Of a DNA stretch of 64,000 nt, positions 11,661 to 25,521 are shown piece by piece (the first letter of the stretch is position 1; each line of letters starts with the position of its first letter). The translations under genes and the position numbers were made by a program. Below the pieces are notes generated by a model, which was given only the letters and a program-made list of their open reading frames with translations, was not told the DNA's origin and did no database searches. Source of the DNA: Takakia lepidozioides (taxonomy: Eukaryota; Plantae; Bryophyta); contig CM060733.1 of the NCBI GenBank assembly GCA_030704615.1, positions 72,664,001 through 72,728,000 of the forward strand, given 5' to 3'.

Positions 11661-14600
11661 GACACTCACAACCCGCACCTCCCCCACGTGACACTATAAG
11701 GCTCTACAGGTAGCTCTAAAACTGACACGGGTGGGCACCTGTTGCGGCTCAAGGGTCATATCCCAATAGTTAAGGGCACCTGCACCTGCACCTGCATCCA
11801 CCGCAAGAACTCTTATGGTTGGCTGGTCATCAACCCAGCCTCACCATAGAAGAAACATTGGTGGTCGTGTTGGTTATCACTCCAGCCTCACCACTGACAG
11901 CATACTCTAGGATTGACCGGTGATCAAATCCGGTCTAACCCCTATGAAAGGAAGCGCCCAAGCAAAACCAACATGGCGCACAGTCAAGCATGCAGGCGTG
12001 GAGGGGATCCAAACACATGAAAATCAAGCAGCAACTCCCCCACACGAAAACCACTCCACGGTGTCACACTGCACCTGTAGAATACCCCATCCCAAAACCC
12101 GGACTGACTATGTAGCCTCCGCCTATGTAGGCCTTGGCAACTACAGCTACAAAGTAATCAAAATAGCAAAGAGACGGAGGGGAAGAATAGAGGCCCGACT
12201 CTGTCTTTGGCTGTGTTCCAAGCCTAGCTTCCACCCACTTTTGTGTTTCACCTACAGCTGCAGAACTGCTCTCTCCCACAGCACTCTACCCGTTGCCTGA
12301 CTCCTAGTATGCCACGAGGTCATCCAACTGGCCTCCACTTAGCTCACTCTGTGTGCCTTGGGAAACATAAATTTTTTCCCCAACTGTTTGAAGACTCACC
12401 GAGGAAATGAGCCCTTCAATGGCATCATCATCCCCTCCAACCATACACTAATCCAAAGAGCGACAGGTGTGTTTACCAGCACAAAGCTCAGTGATCATCC
12501 ATTCAATTGAAGCAGCTTATTGATCAATAGACCTCAAGTAGATATGGGGAGGGTATAATTTACATTAGAAAAATTCTATAGATTTTTGGTAGAGTCCAAA
12601 AAACTAAAACCAGGTCTAGGTAGGTAGATTTCCCTTTTTTACAGATCCCTACGCAAATTTTGGGTCAAACGGCCTTGGTATGCACCAAAGATATGGCCAA
12701 ACAGAGCTCCTATATAATATAAATCAGATCAAAATAGGGTTCCAAATGTATTTCATTTTTCCAAATGGATGTATGTTATTGGCGTACCCTACATATTCCC
12801 CAACAAATAAACACCGTTCCTCGGTTCCCTGTTCCTGTTGTAAAGAACTTGGCAAATCGGCAGTTTGAGCCGACCAATTCTTGATCTTTATCTTAGGCCC
12901 ATATCTTTCAATCCCCCTGCTGCAAATCCGCCCCGGGGGGGGGGGTGATAGTAGCCGCAAGTGCTGGTGCTCTCAAGCCCCCCCCCCCCCCCCCCCCCCC
13001 CCAGCAGCCCACCTGGTGAGTGTCTAATCTTTTCAACAACACTACCACCAACACAACTCAAATTGCAGCTACGGCAGAGGTGAGCCGTCGAATGGGGCCT
13101 TGCTGCAAATCACTTGCCTGTGAGGTACTACTCCGCCCTGTCCTCCCTGAATTGCGTGAAGATTAAAATGTAGTTATCCAACCTACACTTACACGGCCCC
13201 AGCAGGTGACCGTGCGATGGAGCTCCATCACACTAGCAACACAACAAACTCTTCATGAACAGGTTCATTCTGTACACTTTGTAAGAGAACCCACCGGCAG
13301 CTCGTCACATGAGCTTTAACATCTGCAGCTGGCCATCACCTTTCTCCTGGTCATTTGGAAGTAAAATGCCCGACAGTTGCCCAGCTCAACCTGAAAATCC
13401 ATTGCAATCTAGGCCATTGTACTGATAACAGTCTAGTTGCCCCTGTTTGAAATACAACGATCCATCCATGGCGCTTTTCCAGTAGCCCATTAGTTTCATG
13501 CCTGGACAGGATGCTCACCACTTAATCGGGTCCTCATTCCACACTACCTGAACATTCGGCAGATGCAGGATCACGGGCATCATGAACTTGATCGTCATTT
13601 GGCCTTAACCCGAACTGGTAGCATGCAACCTAGCAGTGTGATAATTTTACATCATATTCTTCTTAGCTCTGGATCGTGGCCTGCTTCACGACACCAGCCC
13701 GATAGGTCGACTTTGGGTATGATTAAGGAAAACAAAACGAGGGTCTGGTCCGTTCAGCTGTTGTCCAAGTCGATGGAAGCCGCCAAACCACGAACCCAAA
13801 ATTCTGATGGCAAATCATTCATTGAGTTCTTCCGGCCAACATGGCCTCACACCGTGCTCCACTTCTCTTCATATCTCTACCATCAGGTTCTACAGAGACA
13901 CTGCCACTCCCCACTTCTTCCTATTCTTGATAGCCATGAACTTGAGTGGCGACTTTTCATTGTATTTGCTAACTCAGTCACCAGTAAGCCGCTCCATATT
14001 CTGCTTGTCATTGTGGTTTTTAAGCACCAACCTGCAAGTACCTTGTAAACAGATCGACGCCAACCAAGCTTACAAGATCGGCTAATATCAACCCTTGCAT
14101 ATACTCTTCCGTGTGGCTTATCCTTGGCATATCACAGGCTAGACGTTGCGGGTCAGCTGGTTCCAACACGGCTTGGCAGCAATGGCTACACCATTCGGAG
14201 CATTGCTGGTCATCTGGTTCCAGCCCTTACATTTTTGGTGCCCTATTGCACCTAACACCAACGACACCGTACACGAACCTGACTAGTCGTTCACCACCTC
14301 CAGTTCAATCAAATTCCGATATGGCCTTCTTCTTCTTCGGCAACTCGCTCTTCTTCGGCAACTCTCTAGTTCATCATACGTCGCTGGTTTATCATACAAC
14401 AGTATTGCTGCCCGCAAGCCTAGTCAGCATGAAGTGGCCGCTGTCTACGCATACAGTGCCTGCACAAAGTAATTAATGCCTCCATGCTGCACTTTCCCAA
14501 CCTAGGAGTTGTAGGCTTCGCCACATGCTCACTTGTTACGGTGCTGAAACTCCATCGATACTGGTCACATGCCATCTCTATCTATTCAGTACCATCACTT

Positions 14601-14849
14601 CCATCACAGAGAAATCAGCAACTAAGCACGTAAACAAACCAATCTTTCTTCTCAAAATTTCATTTTTCTCTTAACTACAGGTTTCTCGACACGAGTAATC
14701 CCTTCAACTGCTAATTTTTCCACTCAATCTTGCACTCACTCAACTGAGCTGACATCTTAAAGAAGCTTCAAACACAAAAACAAAACACTAGTGCTAACTA
14801 AGACTCGCATCTCGCACTAAAAGACACAAGCTCAGAGTCACCAACTACA

Positions 14850-17455
14850 TTACCAAACAATACACTTCTTTGGTGGACTCAATGTTCGTAGATGACACCT
14901 TTTTAATGCTGCAAGCCACTCCGAAAAATCTGGACCAGGCTGGGCATACCTTGAACACCTTTTGTGCAGCCTCGGGCTTCAAAATCAACTGGAACAAAAC
15001 TACAGGGCTGTTAATAGGTGACCTGTCAGCATCCTCAATGGGAACTCCACCCTCCTAGGGAATGGATCAAGGGCTTAAATGGCTCAAACCCGGTGAGACA
15101 ACCAACCTGTTGGGCTCACATATGGAATTGGCCTGTCAGACCAGTAGATATTTGCCACCACACTGGCAAAGTTAAACAGGAAACTGACCTACTGGGGGTC
15201 TAAACACCTCTCAATAATAGGCAGAGCCCTAGTGGCTAATTAGATTTATTCTGCTGGGCTATGGTATTATGCTTCTTCATGGCGCCCGAACTCCAAACAG
15301 ACTCAGGAAATAGAATGCCTTCTTAGAAACTTTGTCTGGGAAGCAGAGACCTCATCACAAAACAAAAGACCTTTGGTGGCCTGGGCACAAATCTGCTTGC
15401 CAAAGAAAAAGGGAGGGTTGGGGGTTCTCGATCCTGACACCCAGATTGTGGCTCTTCTTGGCAAATGGATACCCCGTTTTCTTGGACCGGAGGGGGGATG
15501 ATGGAAATTTTTGGTCTATGACCATATTGTTACCTCATCCCCCCTCAAAACTACCCAATGGAGCCCCTCCCTTCGGTGGCTTACTCAGGGCTTCAACCTT
15601 AAGTCAGTAGGCTCCTCTCTATGGTCAAGCATCTGGATGGCTTGGGGGAAGCTAAGGAAGCTGCTAGTTAAAGCCCAGCCAAACACTTTCTACGAAATTA
15701 AATGATAGCACTTGTTTCTAAACAATAACCCCCTCACCCCCGCTTAGAAAAACCAAGCCAAAAGATGGTCCAAATGGGACTGCCTTGGAATCAAACAGAT
15801 TCACAATATATGGTCAGGCAACAGTCTCAGATCTCAGGATTCCATAGCTCAATAAGTAGGCGCTGCACGGGCCTCCAAAGGCCTTCAGGAAATCATTCAG
15901 TCTGTCCCAATGGCTCAGGAAATCAAGAAATCAGGAAATCATTCAGTGGCTCACTACCCTTTCCTCTGGTCCACCAATGCCAACCCCTAACTCTTGGGCC
16001 CTCGTCATCCTTCAAACTCAACACCATTCTTTTCATAGAAGACATCACCCTCAGCGACATTTCAGTCTATATTTTCTCCATCGACACAACCTCTCTCAGA
16101 CTCACTCTTACATCTCCAGACCCTTTACGCATTCAGACAATGGCACTGACTCCAGTTAGAGTCTGCTGCTGGACAGCCCCAGGCAAAGCAATGAATCCCC
16201 AGCCTCCCCTTACTATCACCAGGAGGGCATGGTTCGCAACCAACTCCTTTGTGTGGATTCTCGGAAGGCCCCTCGCAGAAATGGAGATTGATCCCCTAGA
16301 AGGTCATGGAAATTCAGCAACGAACCAGAGCCCTTCTTTGCATATACAACTAAAAAAGGCTACAAAGCCCTGTCAGTTATCCAGCCTATGTACAAAAAGT
16401 GAGAATCTAGATGGGGGATGTACAACTTCAGTGATGAGAATTGGAAAACTATCTGGGGTTCAGTCTGGATAAAAACACGTCCATCAAAAATTGCAGCTTT
16501 CCTCTGGCAGGTGGTTAATAGGGTTCTAAAAGTTGGAGAATGGCTTCAGTTTCAGGGAGCTATTATGTGTGCTTGTTGCTCTACTGCTGTCTTGGAAACT
16601 TTATAACACTGTCTCCTTTTTGTGTCAAGCTCCAGCTAAGATCTGGCCCTTTGTTAAATCATTCTACAGATGCTGGAATCATAGAACCCTCTCTGATACA
16701 GACCTTTTGCTAGACTATGATCCTATCTCCAAGAATAGAGGCCTCAACTGCCCGGTGTTTGAAACCCTCAGGGCATCTGTTATGTGGCACCTCTGGAAAC
16801 TACGATGCAAAAATACATTTAGTGGCCAAACCACGCTTCCCTTCTTACCTCGGTCTTTCTTGATTTGCAAACTGAGGCCAGGAAGGCCTGGGCCAAACTC
16901 TGTACATACATTCAACAAGACTCCACGAATGCAGCAGCGATCCACAGGAACTTTCAACACACCTGGACCAAATAGGGCCTCATCTATGCAGCAGCCCTGT
17001 GCAAGACCAATGCAACTGGAACGAGCTCCCCCCACAGGCTTGGCGAGATCTCCATGCACCACTCCACTCTTTCCCCCGAGTTTGAAAGGGAGGTCAACTG
17101 GAAGCATCAGAAACCCTCCACGACAGCTTCTAAGCAACAAATAGGTTTAGCGTTTGCCACATTTCATGTCTTGGGCAGTGTGCCCTGTTTTTTGGTCTCT
17201 TGGACTTCATCTCCGTGAGGAGTTGTCTGGCTCGTGGACTATTGATCGCAGTGCAGTGCTTTTAGTAGGGGATCGGTCTTTTGTCTTTTGGACTTAATCT
17301 CCATCAGGAGATGGTTGGATCTTGATACACTGAATATGGTGTGTGTGCCTCATGGCGTAAATGGGGTTTTAATTTTTTTCCCCTTCAAATATTTTTTCAA
17401 TAAATTAATCAGGAATACAATCCCTTTTTTTTCGGGAAAAATAAATAAATAAATA
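14850..17455 (+). mobile_element. 5'-truncated L1-like LINE (RT C-terminal part and zf-RVT)
   Basis: MFVDDT, SGFKINWNKT, LPKKKGGLG, IWGSVW..PSKIAAFLWQVVNRVL..C..C..ETL motifs across frameshifts; A-rich 3' end. Confidence 0.85.
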
Positions 17456-20100
17456 TACTATTTTTGAAAGGCCCATGGTATTGTGAAATGACAATAAGAG
17501 ATGTTCTTTAAGGACTAACAATCTTTCCAGTAAGTAGGGTAAAACACCCTATGACTGTTATAGTTCCTATGACCGTTCACCTCATAATTGCTTGGGTCAG
17601 GCCTGCATGAGCGACCATGGCTGGGCCCAAGACTGCTCATTTTTGCCACTTGGCAAACAGTTGTTTGATAGAACCCCCAAGAAATATGAGTGGTCATAGG
17701 GCTCAAACTTCACACAAGCATTCGGATTGGTTCAACTTTGAAACCCCATAACTTTGTGTGGATTTCATGAAATCATGCACTTCCAAATGTGTTGGGATGC
17801 CCCAGATATGGGGCATCTTATCAATTTATCCGGGGTAAAAATGAAAAAAATTCACCGTTAGATCTTCCGCCATCTTTAGATGAACGGTCATAGGGTGTTC
17901 TACCCTATTAAAAAAAAATTAAGCCTCCCAAATATTTCTAGGTCATTTTGGAATTTCAAATATATTTTAATTTCAATCATATGTATACTATTTAAGTACT
18001 TGAAAGGCCCATGGTACTATGAAATTACAATAAGAGATTTCCTTCAACCCTTAATTTCCCAAGCGACCCGAATCGGTCGCTCTGAAATTTCCACTTCCAC
18101 CTAATTTCAGCGGATCTCCTCTAATGGGGCCCACTCCTGAATCTTTTATGACAAAGGACTTGTCTCCAATATGATGCAAAAAGAAAAATTAAAAAGAAAC
18201 AAGAGCTACCACCTACAGAAAATATCTAAGATAACTAAGTCAGATTTTGGCAGTGTAAAGGGCTTGTTGACTGTTGACGTGGCAGGTAAACAAGCCCAAA
18301 TTGTAAAATTAATAAAATTAATAATTTTTTAAAGGAAATAAAAATAACTTCACCTTGTGGTGTGTGAGCATTACATACACACCACCGCTTGGTTATAGAA
18401 ATTTTGTAGAAAACAATCGTCAAAGCACACTAATAGGACCCAAAAAAGATGTCACATTTTGTTTTCCAGCACATATGGCGCAATCGATCCAAATTTAGGA
18501 TATTGAGTTCAGCATGAAACCACAGACATATTATATCATTGGAAAGCCCTCGAAGTTTTTGTCATGCCCATATACATTTTTTTGTGATTTGAGAGTCTTG
18601 AATAGCACAAGGTTCAAATGTCCCAAAGTGTTGTAGTCCTTTAGGACTCAATTTTCACACCATAACAAGTGAAGGTCATATTAAGGTTTTTCAGGTGCTT
18701 ATGTAAGGTATGGAAGAATGCAAAAAAAATAGTAGACCTGCAAAACCAGAAAAAACCCATTCTCATAGGAATTTTCTAGGGGCACCAAACTTTGGTATTA
18801 CTAAACCTCAAAATTTGAATATAGTTCTTTCACCAAAAGTGTTTAGCTACTGAAAAAGGAGAAGGCCATGTCCTTGAAATGGCTACAAGGTCCTCCATTT
18901 TTGAATTTGAGGCCAAAAGGAGTTCTTCCAAACAATGTATCCTTCATTGCAAATTGTTTTAAAATTAAAAACATATCAAATAATTTCAAAACAATTATAC
19001 GAGCATCTGCAGGCATCAAACACACTAAACCCGACCTGGATGCGATGAGGGGAACGCCAGTACTCGAGGCGGCATTCATAATGCCAGTATCACTGACATA
19101 CACAACAACTTCAACATCCCCGTCCTCCCTATCCACAAATGTTTCAAAGCAATTCACCTCACGACGCTTCGCTCCCTCACAGCTATTATCACCAACAAAC
19201 GCCAACTGGAATCTACGCACCCTAGGTCACCCATGGTACCATAGACCCCTCTATTTTCTACGGTCACCTCGTGTCCCACAAGACACCTTTCCTTTATAGG
19301 GCCCACCCCCGAAAGAGGGCAGTAGCCGCGAGGCGAAGTGGCTTTTAGTTACGCCGGCTCCGGCCAGAGTCTTCTGTCTCTCTCTCTCTCGAGAGGGGAA
19401 AGCAAATGGTGGCAAACGGAAGTTCAGTTAGTATCATAAGCTCAAAATTGCAGGTGTACGAGCAAAATTGGAGGTGTACAAGAGGGTGTATGAGCATCCG
19501 ATGGATGGGGTCGAGGTGCCCACTATCATCCGTCAATTTCATCACGTTTTCATCGCAACATGTCATTTCCACGCACTGCAGCGTAACGTGCCAGCAGTCA
19601 AAATTTAGTCCTTTTCAGAAGTGTGAGTGGTACACGTTAGGATGCTTTCACCCAAAAAGTACTTCATTTGGAGGCACATTTTCCCTTGTCAATTTTGAGA
19701 CTTTAACCCCTATGTAATTATATACAAAACAACCATAGTGGCTATTTTTTGATATGTTGGGCATAAATGACTTGGGCCCACTTCTATATGGTTGGAATCT
19801 ATGGATGATTTTTGGTAGGTTTCCGCGGGCAATTTATTGCAGCTGGGTACCCAAAATTGTTAAAAACTCCAAAAAGAGCTTGGAAAATTAAGGGTTAAGG
19901 ACTAACAATCTTTCCCGTAATTTTTTTTTAAAAAAAAATCCTCCCAAATTTTGGAATTTCAAAAAATATTTTAGTTTCAATCATATATATACTACTGAAA
20001 TTCCATGGTATTGTGAAATGACAATAGAGATGTCCTTTAAGGACTAACAATCTTTCCAATAAATCTATCATATAGTATTTCTATGACACTTGCCCATTAA
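17400..20100. repeat. Three dispersed or tandem copies of a ~150-bp unit (ccatggta..gaaat.acaat..gagat..ctttaaggactaacaatctttcc); the middle copy is split by an insertion
   Basis: Copies at about 17465-17530, 18003-18047 plus 19895-19916, and 20001-20057. Confidence 0.7.
18048..19894. mobile_element. Non-autonomous TTAA-targeting (piggyBac-like) DNA transposon
   Basis: TIRs CCCTTAATTTCCCAAGC / GCTTGGAAAATTAAGGG, flanks TCAA / TTAA. The empty TTAA site is visible in the sister repeat copies. Confidence 0.75.
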
Positions 20101-22540
20101 AAAACATGTTTTTTTTTTTGGATTTCCGAGGAATCACCAGCAAAGCTTTGGAAGCATTATAGGGGCAGAGCTTAGCCCAAAGGCAGAGATACTAATAAGG
20201 CTTTGAATCCTAGACCCGCTGGTCAATACACAATTGGCTTACCAACAGGCCACAGCCCTGTTATGTATGTTTTGAGTAGCTAAAAATTACTTCAATTTTT
20301 TTGAGAAATATATTTTCTAAATTTTTAGTTATGCTTCTGAAATATTTTTAAGTCATTTTGGTATTTAATAATTTATATTGTAAGGTATAGAGAATGGTGG
20401 GTATATTTGTACAAAGCGGATTGGGAAACGATAAAAGGTGTGAGGAGGATTCATGAATAGTTGCTCTTCTATACTAATACACCTAGTAAACTACCATTAG
20501 TATCTATTTCATGTATTCGCCGTAAACAATGTTTTGAGCCACTCAAAACAATTGCTCAATAGAGATAGATTTACAGGGAAAACAATCAATCCTTGAAGGA
20601 CATTTCTTATCATCATTCTATATTATATTCAATTAAATAGTACGCACGATCATTTTATTCGTATGTATATATCAAATATTTTATGACAAAAATTAATGTT
20701 TTTGAGAGCACTAGAATGATATAAAATATCAATAATTTTTTTTATATTAAATAATTAATACATGGCTAAAATATGGTGAAAAGAAGAACTTCGAATTGAG
20801 TTCAAGAAAGAGATATTCACCAAATAGTGTATGGTAGATCAATACCATCATATCATCTCTCATGCAGATGATGCCATAACAGGAGATGGACCATCTCTAC
20901 ATTCATTGTCATCACATGCATGTGGTAACATACAATGCATGCAGTGCATGTCATGCATGCGGGCCATGCATGTTACTGGAAACAGGTGAAGGAATATCTC
21001 ACGGTGGTAGGTGGGCCAGAAGGGGGACAACCTGTGAATGGTCGGGGTGATGTCATTAATTGAACTAGGTGCAAACGGGCCACCAGCAATTGCTCATACC
21101 CCCTTTGCATTCTTTCATTAACTTAGCACGTGTCGGTGGTGCAAAATGGACGGGTTTTTACGATGTGCAAACGGGCCACTATAGGGCTGGCGAGGGACAG
21201 GACGGGCATTCATGGTGGGGATGCGCCCCAATCTACCTGCGATTCGCTGCCCGCTCATCACCGCTGTAACCGTGGTTAAGGCGCCGCCGCGGTAATGAAA
21301 GGCTGGACGGCTTTACCTGTACCGGCTGTAATGCGTACATCTGGCGGCCCTGTGGTCGGAATTGCTAGTCAGACCCCATCCATCCGCGGATGGAGGTGCG
21401 CATTTCAGATGGAAAGAATCAGTCAGCAACGAGTGAGGTCCATTCAGCCAGGTCCTTGGAGCAGAAAAATAATGACGGACAGGGGCGGGGGAAATGGCGC
21501 CGTTCCGTATGAAAAGGCGCGTTTTATTACACGGTAATGGCCTCAATAGACCCGTACACGTCGACGACGGTCGACGTTAAACTGGTGTAAATATCCACAC
21601 GGGTTTGGGCAGGGTAAATCATCCTCAACGGTCCTCGTTACGTGTCTATCATCCTCAATCATCCTCGTTACGGCGCTGCAGCGCAAATTGGCAAAATGCA
21701 ACTCCTGGGAATGTTATTAACTGCCCAGGATTTGATGGGTTGGTTTTTAGGGTTTGACTTCTGGCCTTCACTTTACGTACTCTTCATTCTCGGGGCCAGA
21801 ATCTTCACCTGCACTCATGTTTCTTTGTTTTCTTTGTTGTCTACAATATTTTAGGTTTTCATGTGCATTTTAATAAAAGTGGAATCGCCGAACTATTAAC
21901 CCTTAAAGGACGACGCGACGGGTCGCGTCGAAATTTCGAATGGATGAAAAATGAGAAGATGATGTCGGATGAAAACGACCCCTGAATGAAAAGTGTAGCC
22001 CATAAAGTTTTACCGGCCCCTGTGATGTTGATGGCACCCTAAAAAATCAAATCGCCCGCCGTCAGGATTTTTTCGCATGGTGAGGGGGGTACCCAAAATC
22101 CTGTGGTTTGGGCCCCCAGCAGGGTTGACTGGCATTACGTGGCAGGCAAGATAGTGGGAGGTGGGGGGGGGGGGGCATTTGCCGGCAGCGGGTGCCAGCG
22201 GGGGCTGCATGTCCGCCCGTGCGGACAGCGGCAGGCCCCCCGGGCACGCGCGAAGGGTGGCGGCAGGTGGCACAAACAGGTGGCAGGTGGTCGTTGGCAG
22301 TTGATGCAGGGAGAACGCTGAAACGCAAGGTGGAGAGCCAGGCATTCTCGGGGTGCTCGACGGCAGGCCCCCGTGACTTCGTTGCTTTCTGATGACGTGG
22401 CCGGAAGTATTTGTCCGCGAATGTCCACCGGCTCCGGCAATTATTGGCCGGAGCTGGGATTCAAGTATGAAGCTGGTTTTTTGGCAATCTGTCATAGCAA
22501 ACAGCTTGGAATGTGTATTTTTTTTTTCCAGGGTAGGTAC

Positions 22541-23160
22541 CAGTGTTGGACCGGTATGTCCATTTTTTAATACCAGACTGGTCCTGGTATGAAGGGTCCC
22601 TACCCCTTTTTCAGGTATGAGCAACTTGGGTATGAATCTGGTATGAGTAGTTGTACTTTGGGCTGTATATGAGTATGGTACTGGTATTTCCCTTTCTTAT
22701 TAGTGACACTGGGGGGTATGAGCACTGGTATGGTATTTCTACAGCTCACCATACATAGAAATAAATGTCATTTAGCACATAGCTAATTTTAATCCAAGCC
22801 GTGAAACACTAGGCAAAGGTAACCCAAAGTAGAACGAAACAGCAAATGAAGTCTAAATTGCAACATGGAGCCTTGAATTAACCAAATTGTAGTACAGGGT
22901 ATAACTAGCTGCACTAACATATACTCATACCTACTCCATTCACCATGAACTCACCGCAATACTGGTATCGGGACCATGCTATTCCTCCATATACCCAGAC
23001 TGGTATGGTATGTGTGCGGGGAATCCTAAAGCCATCCCCCCCAGTACGTGTATCACAGGGAGTACACTGGTTCTTTCAACCCGACCATTATGTTCTTCAA
23101 TATATAATTCATACCTGTATTCCATACCTAGGTTACACCAGGTATACCAGTCCAACACTG
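22541..23160. mobile_element. hAT-type MITE
   Basis: TIRs CAGTGTTGGACCGGTAT / ATACCAGTCCAACACTG, perfect 8-bp TSD GTAGGTAC, subterminal GGTAT/ATACC repeats. Confidence 0.9.
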
Positions 23161-23399
23161 GTAGGTACTCAGTAGGTAGGCTAACCACGACATGACCAAT
23201 TTGGCTTCCCTCACAAATTGCCCCCAATTTTGGGGGATGTGGGCATTTTGACCCCCCTGTTTTCCCATACAAAGCACCCATTATGCATTTTTGGAATTTG
23301 GCTCTGGAATTTTGGGAGGCTTTGCTGCAGGTGCCATATAATCTGAATCTGGTTAGGCTGTAGCAATGAAAAATCAAAAAGGTAGGCCATCTGATTGGT

Positions 23400-24775
23400 C
23401 AAACCAATTTTTCATGTTGAAAATACATCCTGCAGAAAGTTGGCCTAGGACTTTTGTTATAATCTTCCAAATTAGTCGGTCAAATCTCTTGAAATTTTTA
23501 CTGGAGGTGCATGAAGTAGGTAGGATGACTTTGGTGCGGTTCATCCCCTCGGATGTTTCTCAAATGAGAGATATACCCTCATCCATGAGGGTATGTCTGG
23601 TTTTGGACAGGGCCCACCAAAAACAGGCTCGTCCTCAAGGGGTTAAGAAGCGTGTCCCTTATCCTGTTATTCTAAAAACGATGTTCCAGCAATTTTAGTC
23701 TTATGATTGGCAAGTCTGTGGATATGTTGGGCCTTTATGACATACGGGTGTTCAACCTGATCAATGGTTCTTGCCTGCAGTTGTTTGATCTTGGTGAATG
23801 GTCATGGATGGATTCCCGACACTCTGGTACTATGTTAAATTGGGCTACAAGGTTCTGTGACCCCCGCAGCCTTGTTCTAGGCTTGGGAACAAATAATGGA
23901 GCTTCTCGCCCCCCCTCTCCATTTGGAAGCTCATCTCGAGGGAGGTTTGGTGTAAGGACATGGCCGCCAAATTGAATGCTCTTCTTTGGAAAGTGGCTAA
24001 CCGTATTCTCTCTGTGGGACCTTTGACATGTCCTGTCTACACCACAAACATGGCCGAAACTATTGAGCATTGTCTTGTTTCTTGCCCTGTTGCTTGCATT
24101 ATTTGGATGACTTGTCTCCAATTCTACGCGTAGTCCTCCTGCTGACTCTACTTCCTTGTTTTTGCTTAATCTGGTGAACAACTACATTTGGAATATGTGT
24201 CCTGTTTGGGCTTGTCTTAGGGTGTGCACCTTATGGCAACTCTGCAAATGCAGATGTGTACTTTTCTTTCAGGGGAAAAGCCCCAACATCAAAACAAATC
24301 CTTTTTAAGGTTCATATTGATCTCCTGACTGAGGGGAAGAAAGCCTGGGCCTCTTTGTTGGTAGTTGTGTACAAATGAAAATGTAGGAAAAAACATAACT
24401 TCTTCAAGAATTCGATCTCTCCTAGGCAAAGGGCAATATCCTCTGCTCCGTTTTTCGAACTCTCATATCTCCGGGCACAATGACTTCCCTCTGAATGGAA
24501 GCCCTTATCCTGAGGGGGATGAATGTGATGTCAATTGGCGACACCGTAGGACCGTGTGGCCTTGTCTAAAGCTCATTTGGAGTTCAGATTAGTTCTTGCC
24601 TATATTTTTCATTAGTTGTTCTTTTTTCCTCCTCACTCGCCTGGGATCTGGCTCCTTGGATATGTGTGTCTCCCTGGTTTCTCTTGTCTCTGGGGTGGTG
24701 TCCCCTTTGTACTTTCCTTAGGTTTTTTTTTCCTGACCCTTAATCTGAAACGGGGCTTCTGTTTTCCTTAAAAAT
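23400..24775 (+). mobile_element. Degenerate L1-like LINE 3' fragment
   Basis: AKLNALLWKVANRILSVG and ETIEHCLVSCPVACIIW zf-RVT motifs at about 23960-24110; boundaries approximate. Confidence 0.7.
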
Positions 24776-25021
24776 AATATTGATAATTTTTAAAATGCTA
24801 TGTTTAAGGGGCTTGGAGTTGGACAAAGCATCATGAATGGTCCCCATGTTAGTTTGAAATAATTAGCTATTAACCCTTAATATTCACAAAAATAAGACCC
24901 TAGCCCACCAAAAATTATATCTTACAGATTTCTGAGTCCCTATAAAAGTGATAATTGAATTTACTGCCCACCTAACCCATCTATCACCTCAAAATTTTCC
25001 GCTTCTCATTGGAAGATATAG

Positions 25022-25521
25022 NNNNNNNNNNNNNNNNNNNNNNNNNNNNNNNNNNNNNNNNNNNNNNNNNNNNNNNNNNNNNNNNNNNNNNNNNNNNNNN
25101 NNNNNNNNNNNNNNNNNNNNNNNNNNNNNNNNNNNNNNNNNNNNNNNNNNNNNNNNNNNNNNNNNNNNNNNNNNNNNNNNNNNNNNNNNNNNNNNNNNNN
25201 NNNNNNNNNNNNNNNNNNNNNNNNNNNNNNNNNNNNNNNNNNNNNNNNNNNNNNNNNNNNNNNNNNNNNNNNNNNNNNNNNNNNNNNNNNNNNNNNNNNN
25301 NNNNNNNNNNNNNNNNNNNNNNNNNNNNNNNNNNNNNNNNNNNNNNNNNNNNNNNNNNNNNNNNNNNNNNNNNNNNNNNNNNNNNNNNNNNNNNNNNNNN
25401 NNNNNNNNNNNNNNNNNNNNNNNNNNNNNNNNNNNNNNNNNNNNNNNNNNNNNNNNNNNNNNNNNNNNNNNNNNNNNNNNNNNNNNNNNNNNNNNNNNNN
25501 NNNNNNNNNNNNNNNNNNNNN
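25022..25521. other. Assembly gap (500 N)
   Basis: Run of n. Confidence 1.

Larger units (their letters stand above)
96..12350 (-). mobile_element. Ty3/gypsy element A (DNMT-carrying family); internally deleted, interrupted by element B1, 5' end not found
   Basis: Minus strand gives gag-like sequence, CCHC knuckles, protease (VLLDSGA), a C5-MTase and a linker. 182-680 is co-linear with 63514-64000 of element G. 96-168 matches the G terminal repeat. Right boundary approximate. Confidence 0.8.

Noticed and set aside
13050-14845. Decayed minus-strand coding region with an acidic 18-bp repeat and a PBS-like tggtgactctg
   Set aside because: No recognisable domain or adjacent LTR; left unassigned.
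20195-20260. tRNA gene or SINE head on the minus strand
   Set aside because: Only degenerate A/B-box-like motifs; no cloverleaf or TSD could be supported.
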